DNA of 63,977 bases, the filler included, from Malassezia furfur (Eukaryota), in NCBI GenBank assembly GCA_052055015.1. It is 7 parts of 7 records of this genome, joined end to end, with 100 filler letters (N's around TTAATTAATTAA, not from the genome) between each part and the next. Parts side by side here need not be neighbours in the genome. Positions count along the whole stretch, not along the records: positions 9,406 to 18,705 come from JBQJIT010000425.1; positions 18,806 to 28,092 come from JBQJIT010000426.1; 5 more parts are not named here. One strand, written 5' to 3'. A program made the position numbers and the translations under genes. The notes under the pieces are model-generated. The model was not told the origin of the DNA and did no database searches. It was given only the letters and a program-made list of their open reading frames with translations. Positions 9,406 to 18,956 of this stretch are shown in pieces; the stretch's first letter is position 1; each line of letters begins with the position of its first letter.

Positions 9406-10547
9406 GCGCGCCGCCGCCGCGCCGCCTCCGGCTCGTTGCGCGCCTGCTCGTCCTGCCGCACGCGGATCTTGGCGTGCGTCAGCGCCTGCTCCAGCTCGGG
9501 CGCGGCCACGGGCAGCTGCTGCGCCCGCCGCGCGGCGCGCCAGGCCTGCAGACCGAGCGGTGGAGGGTGCACGACGTAGAGCGGCACAGCACCGCTGCCG
9601 CGCTCCAGGCTCGGCAGGTGCTGCGTGTAGGAGGTGAGGACGTGCACCACCACCTCTTTTGCGTCGTCGACGTGTGTGCGCAGCTCCGCGGGCCAGGCCT
9701 CGGGCCGCGCAAAGTGCGAATGGGCAGCGACCGACGCGCCGTTCGCCTCGGCGAGCACCACCGCCGCATACACGCTGCCCACCGCGACGGTCTGCGGCGG
9801 GTACAGCAGGGGCGCCGGCGTGCGGTGTGCGTCGCACGCGACACGCCACGCCAGGGCGCCGAGCGGTTTGGGCAGGTCCCACCGCCGCGCCGTCTTGACG
9901 ACGAGGCGCAGTACTTTTTGCGCGCGCATCTCGAATTGGAAGCAGATGCACTGCAGCATCATGCGCTCGAGCGTCAGCAGACGCACACGCTCCTGCGCCA
10001 TCGCGCCCAAATCGAGGTCCGCATCGGCAACGTGCGCATGGGCAATCCAGTCGACGCCGCCGGCCTGGGCGCCCGAGGGCGGCGCCAGCTGCTCCATGTT
10101 GCGCAGCACATAGCTGGCCATCAGCAGATCGTGGATGCGCTTCTGGGTATCGTTCAGCTTGGACGCAGTAAACAGGCTCGCAAGAGCCACTTGGTGCACC
10201 GCGAAATCGGCAGGAGGGTAAAACAGGTGGAAGCGCTGGTACAGTTGCTGGGCAGACGCGATCGTGCGCTGCGGTATCCCCAGCTTGGCGCCGACCGCCG
10301 AGATGAACGCACACGCCGTCATTCGGTGCTGCTCCCACTTGGCCAAGGGCATTTTGTTGGCGCGCGCCTTGGCCAGCAGCTTGTCAAACTGCCCCGGCGT
10401 AAAGTAGCGCGTGTTGACCACCGTGCTCACCTTGGCCGCCTTCCGAGGCTCACTCGGCACACACGCGGGCACGCCCGAGGGCGCGACCGCGTTCAGCAGC
10501 GGCGGCAACGGCGCAGACGACACCGGCGGCGCCCCGTTTCCCGACAT
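9406..10547 (-). CDS. Transcription cyclin (cyclin K/Ctk2-like), 3' truncated
   Basis: Cyclin box GAKLGIPQRTIASAQQLYQRFHLF, LFTASKLNDT, LERMMLQCICFQF, LLYPPQTVAVG. Confidence 0.85.
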
Positions 10548-10615
10548 GGCACACAGCAGGGCCTGCGGAAGAACCAAGTGGAGGTCGACGCGCGTGGGCG
10601 ACGCGACGCGCCACG

Positions 10616-11494
10616 ATGGACGAGGACCCCGCCCGGCTGTTCTTCCCCGAGGGGGAGGAGGTGGATCTGTATGCAGTGCTAGGCCTCTCGGCGGACGACA
10701 AGCCGTCGCATGAGGCCATCAAGAAGGCCTACCGGAAGCGCGCGCTGCAGTGCCACCCGGACAAGGCCGCACTGCGGGGCAAGGCCGAGGCCGAGGAGGC
10801 CTCGCGCACCTTCCAGCAGGTCGGCTTTGCCTACAGCATTCTGTCAGACGAGAAGAAACGGAAACGCTACGATATGACCGGGTCCACGAGCGACTCGGTG
10901 TTTGAAGACGGCAACATCAACTGGGAAGAATACTTCCAGACGCTCTGGGACGGCGAGGTGAACGCCGAGACACTCGAAGAGTTCCGGAAAAAGTACCAGG
11001 GCTCGGACGAGGAGCGCAAGGACATTCTGCAGGCGTACCGCGATGCCAAGGGGCGGCTCGAGCGCATTTTCGCGACGGTGCCCTGCTCCAACATCCTCGA
11101 GGACGAGACGCGGTTCATGCGCATCGTTCAGGAGGCCATCGATGCCAAGGAGCTGCCCAAAACCAAGGCCTGGACATCGCTACAGAGCGACGAGGGCAAG
11201 CGGCAACGCAAGCAGCTCAAAGCCCGCGCCAAGCGCGAGGCCGACGAGGCCGAGGCCTACGCGAAAGAGCTCGGCGTCTACGACACGATCTACCAGAAGG
11301 ACAAGCCCAAGAAGGACAAGCCCAAGAAGGACGCCCCACAGAGTACGGAGGACGACGATCTGGATGCGCTCCGTGCAGCGCTGCAGAGCAAGGCGGGCAA
11401 ACGGGAGTCCGCCTTTGACGCCATGATCCAGCGCCTTGAGCGCGAGCAGACCGCGACACCCCCCAATAAGCGCGCGCGAAAGGCGCGCAAATGA
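10616..11494 (+). CDS. J-domain co-chaperone, DNAJC9-like
   Basis: J domain with HPD (CHPDK). KKYQGSDEERKDILQAY and EAEAYAKELG are typical of DNAJC9. Confidence 0.85.
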   Translation: MDEDPARLFFPEGEEVDLYAVLGLSADDKPSHEAIKKAYRKRALQCHPDKAALRGKAEAEEASRTFQQVGFAYSILSDEKKRKRYDMTGSTSDSVFEDGNINWEEYFQTLWDGEVNAETLEEFRKKYQGSDEERKDILQAYRDAKGRLERIFATVPCSNILEDETRFMRIVQEAIDAKELPKTKAWTSLQSDEGKRQRKQLKARAKREADEAEAYAKELGVYDTIYQKDKPKKDKPKKDAPQSTEDDDLDALRAALQSKAGKRESAFDAMIQRLEREQTATPPNKRARKARK

Positions 11495-11610
11495 CACGCG
11501 CCCTGACATAGCCGCCCCTGCAGCGCGACGCCATCTCGGCCGAAAGAGGCAGCGCCCAGGGCCGTAGCACTTAAGAAGCTGGCTTGGGCCGCGTCCGGTT
11601 CCCCATCCCC

Positions 11611-12120
11611 ATGCGTACCTCTTTGCTCTTGTTGGTGCTGGCGCTTGTCAGCGTTGTCTTTGCCCGGATTCCCGTGTCGTCGGGCGACACGACGTCTATT
11701 GGCGGTGTGATGTCGCGCCCCCACGACTCCTCGTATGTTGCCAAAAATCGCTCACGCAGCTCCAGTCACCACCGCTCCCACTCGAGCGGTAGCGGCTCGG
11801 CGACGAAAACGTCGGGCACTGGCGGTGTGGCCAACTCGTCGAACGCGAGTGGCGCGTCGTCCGCGCAGTCGCAAGCGTCGAGTGCGCTTGCGAGTGCCAG
11901 CTCGGAAGTGTCGAGCGGCGTGACGTCCAACCCGGCGTCGAGCGCTGTGGCGGGCGCGCAGAGCAGCGCCTCTTCCGCGGTCTCGTCCGTGTCGGACGCG
12001 ACCTACTCGAACACCAACAATGCCGGTGCCGTGCTGACGGCCCCCACGATCCTTTCGCCCGTATCGGTGACCGTGGCCGCAGCTACGGTGCTCGCCATTG
12101 CGGGCTCCTTCTTCCTTTAG
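11611..12120 (+). CDS. Secreted Ser-rich, putative GPI-anchored cell-surface protein
   Basis: Signal peptide MRTSLLLLVLALVSVVFA, Ser/Ala-rich body, NNAG omega-like site and hydrophobic C-terminus. Confidence 0.75.
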   Translation: MRTSLLLLVLALVSVVFARIPVSSGDTTSIGGVMSRPHDSSYVAKNRSRSSSHHRSHSSGSGSATKTSGTGGVANSSNASGASSAQSQASSALASASSEVSSGVTSNPASSAVAGAQSSASSAVSSVSDATYSNTNNAGAVLTAPTILSPVSVTVAAATVLAIAGSFFL

Positions 12121-12342
12121 TGTGTATTCGTTTCCCAGCTAGCCTTTTGTCCATACGATCTATGATGCGGCGCGTGCGTGTTCGTGCGGAGGTGCGCGAG
12201 GGGCGTGCACGGCATGGCCCCGCGGTGCTACCCCGGACCAAGGCCCGATGGGGCATCGGGGGCCCGTGATCGGCGATGTTACATAAGAAACGTGACCGGG
12301 CTCGGGGGGTGCAACGTCGCCTTTTCCACCGAACCATCCACC

Positions 12343-15300
12343 ATGGCTCGCAAGGCCGGTCAAGCACGTCCCCAGCCAACCATGGTGCAGGGGACTCCCC
12401 CCATCCGCTTTGCTGTACGTATCACGCGCCGTTGTACTTACGTAGCCGGAAGACAAGCAGGTCCCTGTGAACGCGACGACCAAGGCACGGGTAGGTGGCC
12501 ATCGGCTGACGCAGTCTCGTTCGACGTTTGGCCTGCTGTCGGCACTGCTCACGCGCGTTGGGATCATCTACCTGCTCGCTGCCGTGTTCTGGCGCTGCCC
12601 CTCGCAGCCGTTCTCGTTCCAGTACAGCGGCGACCACGAGCTGCTTGTCTGCCGCGAGCTGGCGAGTGTGCAGGAGCATGTGACGCCGGCGGTGACCGAG
12701 TTTGCCGCCTCGACGCGCAAGCACCTTGACCCGTACGTCGGGACGTACATCATCAAGGCGGAAGATGCGTTTGCCTACGTGCAGCCCGCGTTCAAGCAAA
12801 CGGCGGCGCACGCGCACAGCTTCTTCACCACGCACGTCCGTCCGGGTGCCCAGGAGCTTGCGAAGCAGGCGCACAGCTGGTCGCTGCCGCACCAGCGCAA
12901 GCTGCACAAGCACTACAAAAAGCATCTGCACCCCCACGTGGACGGTACGTGCACACACTCACGCAGCGTTCTACAAGGCCGCCAAGCCATACAAGGACAT
13001 TTACCGCCGCGATGTGGAGCCGCACGTGAAATACGCGCTGCAAAAGGCGCACGAGGGGCACAACGCCGCGTCGCACTTTTACGAGCACGAGGTGCACCCC
13101 CGCCTGAAGGCGCACCTGTACCAGGGCTACCTGTTTACGCGCCACACCGCCTACCCTGTGGCGCACAAGCACTACTTCACCCATGCCCACCCCCACCTCT
13201 CCAAGCTGTTCCGCAGCGTGCAGCGCTGGGTGGACAACCTGCTCGTCAAGTACGGCATCCGTCACCGCTCCATGTTGGACTCGGTGGTGAACAACGTGAA
13301 GGAGACCTACCGCCAAACCGTAAGTTCGTGATTGCCCTTTGTGTGCAGGGACCAGGCATATGCCTCTCGGGACGCACGGGGCAGGACGGCGTTATAGTAC
13401 ACCGCGCCTCGTCTGTGCGGCCTGAGTAGTGTCCATTGCTTTTCTTTATCTGAGACGGAAACTAATACATGCCCACTAGGACGAGACCGTCCGCGAGAAT
13501 GTCGGACACCTCATGAGTGCCGTCGCGGCCGCTGACCCTTCCGAGAAGATCATGGCGTCGGAGTCGCGCGCATCGACCTCGGAGCCGAGTGAGTCGGCGT
13601 CTGAGCCGCGCGCGTCGACCCCGGAGCCGAGCGAGTCGGCGTCGGCCATCTCGAACGACTGGGAGGACGAAGAGGAGGAGAAGGAGCTTCAGAAGCGCCT
13701 GGACGCCGAGCTTGCTAACGTCGACGAGAAGCTCAATGCCGAGGCGAGTATGGTGACGCGCGTCGTGGAGCAGGAGCGTGCGAAGCTCAAGGAGGCGCTC
13801 GTCGAGGCGGTACGTGGCTGACTGACGCAGCGCCGGCGCGTGTTTGTGCACCTGCCCGACGACCTGGCGGCACCGTACGACTACCTGAACAAGGAGGTGT
13901 TCCCGTCGGTATTTGACATGCTTGTCGATGCCTTCCGCCGCCACGCCGAGACGCTCGACGACCCCGCGTCGCCGAGCGAGGCGTGGCGCGCCGAGTTTGC
14001 CGCGATCTCGGACCGGCTCACCGACCACCTCGTGTGGCAGTACACCACGGCGCGCGAGACGCTCGTGCCGAAGCTCGCCGCGCTCACGAACCGCACGGCG
14101 GCGGACGAGGAGCTAATCCAGCAGAGCGTCGCCGTGATCCGCCAACAGATCCGCCAGGCGCTGCGCAAGTTTTACGACCTGATGGAGGCTGCCGAGTTCC
14201 AGCTGACCTTTTACGAGAACCAGGGGTGGGACAACGGCATGAAGCGCCGCGCGCGCCACTTCCGCGAAGACATGCACGAATTCTTGCAGGGCCTGACGCC
14301 GCACGGCGAGCCGGTCGTTGAGGGCCAGCTCATTCTGCCGAACCTCGAGGAGGAGCGGCAGCAGGCGATCTCCAGCGTGAACGTCGTCATGTGGGAGTTT
14401 GAAAAGGCCGTTGCGAATCTCACGGCCAAGGTTGCGGAGCGCCCCGCGATGCTTCTCGAGCGCGCGGGCGTGGCCGATTTGCTGTACGACATTCACGAGA
14501 GCCGTCGTGCCCTGAGCGAGCTGTCGATGGAAAGCGCCAAGACGGCGGCGCTGCGTCTGCGCAAGTACGTCGGCGACGTCAACGAAAAGCTCGGCTTGCC
14601 GCGCATGCCGTCGTCCGGTCTCCTGCGCGCCGTCTGGGACGAGCCGGCGATCGAGGGCACCGAGGCGTATGCGATGCCGACCGAGACCGTCGCCGAGGGC
14701 GCTTGGTCGTCAACCAAGGCGACGTTTGACCCCGACTCGGTGGCGGACATGGATGCGCTGTACGAGGCGGCGAGCGTCGGCGCGATGCCGACCGAAGAGG
14801 AGGCGTCGGCCATCCCCGAGGCGACGCCTGTCCCCGGCGTGGACGACGTCGTGGACCATGCGGCGCCGGCCGCGACGCCGGAACCGACCGCTGAGGTGGA
14901 CGAGACGGCGTCGGCGGCCACGCCGTCGGTGAGCGCGACGTCGTTTTCGACGTCGTACGTGACGTCGGATCCCGCGTCGCCCGAGGCGTCGACATATGTG
15001 TCGAGCGCATCGTCGACGTACACGGCGTCCAATGCTGCGACCGGCATGCCGGCAGCCGACGAGGACCATGAGATGGGCGACGATGTCGCCGAGGCCGCCG
15101 AGGATGCCGCGGCGCTCGTCGCGCAGCTCCTGCAAGGCTTCACAGGCGAGCCGGCCGACACCCAGGCGGCTGAGGCTGAGGCTTCGCCCGCGCCTGCCGA
15201 GGATGTCTCGTCGTCGGCGCCGAGCGCCACGGTGCTGGAGACGCCGGAGGCAGCGGCGACCGCCGAGGTCACCGAGCCGGCGTCGGCGCCTTCTTTCGCC

Positions 15301-15384
15301 GCAACGGCCCCCGTCGAGACGGAGCCGCCGACGGCGACGGCGGCCGACGAGACCGAGTCGCTTGGTGTACATGATGAGCTATAG
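12343..15384 (+). CDS. Uncharacterised ER membrane/coiled-coil protein ending in HDEL (multi-exon)
   Basis: Exons join in frame via introns near 12415-12445, 12491-12514, 12945-12966, 13320-13479 and 13810-13830. TM helix LLTRVGIIYLLAAVFW, helical region, acidic tail, C-terminal HDEL. Confidence 0.7.
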
Positions 15385-15402
15385 GTATCTGTATAGCACG
15401 AA

Positions 15403-16377
15403 CTACAACAGGGTTCCCAGGCCAATCGACTTGAGGCCGCGGATGTAGTAGTTTTCAAGGCCCGCCTGCGTGGTGTCCTCCTGGCCGGTCGGCACGCCGG
15501 TGAGCACCAGCTCGAGCTTGGTCGAGTCCTCGGACTGCGTCAGCTCGGTGGTGAGCGTCCCAAAGTGGTTCGTGGGCCACTGCGGCACACGCCACGACTG
15601 TACAAGTTTCCGGGGCGCATCCACCGACACCACCGAGCCCGTAATGTTGCCGCCGAACAGCGAAAAGTTTGCACCGGGGTTCAGCCAGAGCTGCGCGGGC
15701 GCCTTGGACCACATGGGGATCCGTGCCGGGTTCGTGAGCAGGTCCCACAGATCCGCCTGGCTGATGGCCAGCTGCGCGGTCGCACGCAGCGCCGTGCTGC
15801 TCGTACTCACCGCCGCGTCCTTGGACTTGGCGGGCGTCGAAGAGGCCGCGGGCGCCGCAGCGGCGCCGGCCGCGTCGGCCGACGGGGCCGACGTCGACGA
15901 AGAGGTATCGTCGTGGCCCAAGTCTTTGGCGTGGGTCTCGATCAGGTTGGTGCGGAAGTTGTGCAGCACCTTTTCAAGCTCCGGAGCGAGCGTCTGGCGC
16001 ACCGTCTGGTACATGGTGCGCGCAGCGTCCGACGAGCCAGTGTTGAGCTCCGTCTCGAAGCGGTAGTTCTCGCCATTGTCCTCAATTTCGTGCGAGACTT
16101 CGGGGAAGGTGATGGTGCCGCGCACCTCGTCACCGTCCGGCGACGCGCCCGTCCAGTTGAGCGTGACCGAGCAGTCGTAGATGGTGATCAGCTTGCCCTT
16201 GCGGTTGCCGAGCTCGACGTCGCCGTCAAAGTTGGCCAGGCGCTCAACCGAGACCGACGTCTCCTTCTCGCCCGGAATAGACGCGGATTTTCCGACGAGC
16301 TTCTCAGTGAACCACTCCTTGGCCCAGGGAGTGCAGCCCTTGGTCTTCCAGTGGTAGTGCTTATTCCACGTCGACAT
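15403..16377 (-). CDS. AHA1: Hsp90 ATPase activator Aha1
   Basis: NKHYHWKTK, GNRKGKLITIYD, FSLFGGNITG, KLVQSWR. Aha1_N plus START-like domain. Confidence 0.95.
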   Translation of the reverse strand: MSTWNKHYHWKTKGCTPWAKEWFTEKLVGKSASIPGEKETSVSVERLANFDGDVELGNRKGKLITIYDCSVTLNWTGASPDGDEVRGTITFPEVSHEIEDNGENYRFETELNTGSSDAARTMYQTVRQTLAPELEKVLHNFRTNLIETHAKDLGHDDTSSSTSAPSADAAGAAAAPAASSTPAKSKDAAVSTSSTALRATAQLAISQADLWDLLTNPARIPMWSKAPAQLWLNPGANFSLFGGNITGSVVSVDAPRKLVQSWRVPQWPTNHFGTLTTELTQSEDSTKLELVLTGVPTGQEDTTQAGLENYYIRGLKSIGLGTLL

Positions 16378-16460
16378 GGTTGCTAGGGACGACGGCACCC
16401 CTTCCCCGGACGCGCACACACCAGCGACTATGGAAGTCTCGAGAACAGCACGTGATTGCA

Positions 16461-17752
16461 CTACGTAAGCTCACTGGCCTTCTGGTATAGGCTGTCGACG
16501 ACGTTGGAGATTTGCTTGAGCGTGCCGAGCGCGGTTTCGTAGGTTTGCTGTGTGAGTAGGATGAGAGACATACATCTTCTTCGGAAGGCTCAAAGACCAC
16601 CAGGCACCCGGCGCCCTGGTCGAGCACACCCTGGAACACCTTGTCCAGAATCATCTGGCTCAGCTTCTGCTCCACCTCGCGCACGGGCTGGTGCACGAGC
16701 TCGGCAATGTGCGCCAGCTCGATCCGCGAGTAGGGCTCGATAACGCGCAGCAGGTTCTGCTCGAGCAGGGAGTCGTAGAGTGCCGACAAGTGGCTGCGCA
16801 CAATCGGATCGCTAGACAGCTCGTCCTTGTACTGCCGGAGCGTCGCCTCGAATGCCTGCAGCGATCGGTCGGCCTGCGACTGGGCGACCGCCTTCATCAC
16901 ATCGATCTCGCGACCCGTGTATTTGCTCGCCGTCTTGCCCTCGAGAATGGCGTGCACCTCTTGGGGCTGGTTGAGCATGACCTTGCACAGGAGCATATAC
17001 TTGAGCGCACGGAGCGTGCGCGCATCGTCCAGGACGGCAAATGCTTCAAACGTCTCGAAGAAGTAGGACGCGGCGGTGTTGTAGTCCTTGTCCTCGGCAT
17101 GCAGGATACCACTCTGCATGTCGAGCTGCGCCTGCATCGCCGGTGGGCAGTAGATCGAGTTGGCGGCAGTGCGCGCCGACGTAAGCGCTGCCTTCGCCTT
17201 GGGGAAGTTGGAGATGGCGTGGTTCACCTTGCTCTCGAGGAGGTGCACCTCGGTGAGGATCATTTTGTCGTCTAGCGTCTTGAGCTCCTTGAGCAGCGAG
17301 TTAATCAACGGGAGCGCCTCGCGGTACGCCTTGGCCTCATAGTACAGGCCAATGAGCTTTGTCTCAAGGTTCTGCTTGAGGAAGATGCGCTTCTCGCTCT
17401 TGGCCCACTCGGCGTTCTCCTTGGTGACGTCGATTTGGATGCGCTCGCTGTGGGGGATGTCGGAGAAGTAGTCGATCAGGATGCGCACGAGCTTTGCCGT
17501 CTTCGCCTTGGCGATCGACGACATGAAGGTGCGCGAGGCACGCATGGTCTCCGCGAGCCCCTGGGCGTCGTGCTGGTCGCGGTGCAGCTGGCCGAGCCGG
17601 AGGAGCGCCGCCTCCTGCTCGGCAAGCAGTTCCTCGTCGTCCGCCTCGGCCTGCTGCTGCAGGATCTTTTCGAGGATTGCCTTGCCCTCCTGCGGGCGCC
17701 CGGCCTCAATGGCCGCGCTTGCGTCGGCCACCGAGTGCGTCGCGGTCGCCAT
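16461..17752 (-). CDS. RPN6: 26S proteasome lid subunit Rpn6
   Basis: AKAKTAKLVR, ALTSARTAANSIYCPP, PCI domain. Last exon QTYETALGTLKQISNVVDSLYQKA follows a 26-nt intron. Confidence 0.97.
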
Positions 17753-17848
17753 CGTCGTCAGAGTCCCGGAAGCAAGCGACGCGTCACTCCACCTACTTAG
17801 TCAGCACCCGCGCACCGATCGACGCTGGCGTGGCTTCGAGACACGAGT

Positions 17849-18705
17849 ATGGAGGACGATTCGGTAGCGCCCGTGCCCAACCCCCGCGTGCAGCAGAGCC
17901 TGTTCGAGGTCATGCGGGCGAAGTCGGATGAGGCGACGCGCGAGAAGGCGCTTGGCATGCTGCTCGCCGAGATCGAGAAGGAGGGTACGTCGCAGGCGCC
18001 CCGCTGACCGCGCAGAGATGGGACCCTACTATGAGTTTTTGCTGGCCGACGAGGCGATCGCGCGGCATGTCCCGCGCAAGGACGCGCTCCTTACCACAAT
18101 CAAGCAGAAGAACGACGCCGAGCTCACGCGCCTGCAAAACGCCGAGAGCCAGGCGGAGACGAGCGAGGGCGAAGTCGAGCTGCATACCGTGCTGAAGCAG
18201 CGCGCGCTGTACCTGGCGCAGATCGGTGACAAGGACGCGGCGCTCGCGGCGATCCAGGTGGCGCTCGAAAAGGCGACCGGCCTCGGCTCCAAGATCGACC
18301 TGAGTCTGCTCAAGATCCGGCTGGGCCTGTTTTATGGCGACACGGACCTGACGCTGGAGAGCATCGCGCAGGCCTCGGAGCTCATCGAGAAGGGCGGCGA
18401 CTGGGACCGCCGCAACCGGCTGACGGCATACCGTGCGGTGTATGCGGCGTCCGTGCGTGACTTTGCCACGTCGTCGAAGCTGTGCCTCGAGGCGCTCAGC
18501 ACCTTTACGGCGACGGAGCTGATGGAGTACGAAGACTTTATCAAGCTTACCGTGCTCATGGGCATGGTGACGCTGTCGCGCCGCGACCTGAAAAAGATGA
18601 TGGAGTCGCCCGAGGTGCTCCAGACGATTGAGCAGCTGCCGCACCTCGGGACCTACTCCTCGTCGCTGTACAACAGCGAGTACGCCGCCTTTTTCCGTGC
18701 GCTCG
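17849..18705 (+). CDS. RPN7: 26S proteasome lid subunit Rpn7, 3' truncated
   Basis: EMGPYY, YLAQIGDKD, IEKGGDWDRRNRL, STFTATEL. One intron near 17986-18016. Confidence 0.96.
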
Positions 18706-18805
18706 NNNNNNNNNNNNNNNNNNNNNNNNNNNNNNNNNNNNNNNNNNNNTTAATTAATTAANNNNNNNNNNNNNNNNNNNNNNNNNNNNNNNNNNNNNNN
18801 NNNNN
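18706..18805. other. Artificial contig linker
   Basis: 44N-TTAATTAATTAA-44N. Confidence 0.99.
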
Positions 18806-18943
18806 GGTGCGCCGAGCGAATCCGGCACGGCGCGTACCGCGCCCTCGGCTGCGCCCGGCGCCGCGGCGGGCGCGCCGTTCAACGCGCCGTCCGACTGGGA
18901 CGCGCTCATGTCGCGTTTTGCGGCACTCAAGCGGCCGAAATAG
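18806..18943 (+). CDS. 3' end of a probable ESCRT-III-like protein (Ist1-type MIM1 tail)
   Basis: ...SDWDALMSRFAALKRPK* resembles the MIT-interacting motif D.D.L..RF..LK. Confidence 0.55.
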   Translation, partial: GAPSESGTARTAPSAAPGAAAGAPFNAPSDWDALMSRFAALKRPK

Positions 18944-18956
18944 ACTACTGTACATC

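Noticed and set aside
13801..13840. Apparent premature stops or frameshifts suggesting pseudogenes or readthrough (also in VTA1, BRF1, YAK1, TIM21)
   Set aside because: Each is resolved by a canonical GT-AG intron with a branch motif.
18806..18943. Apparent functional clustering across the window (ESCRT Ist1-like and Vta1; sulfur genes MET8, CBF1 and cysteine synthase; GID8 and Yippee)
   Set aside because: Mostly on different size-sorted contigs. Within-contig cases are separated by unrelated genes and are compatible with chance.
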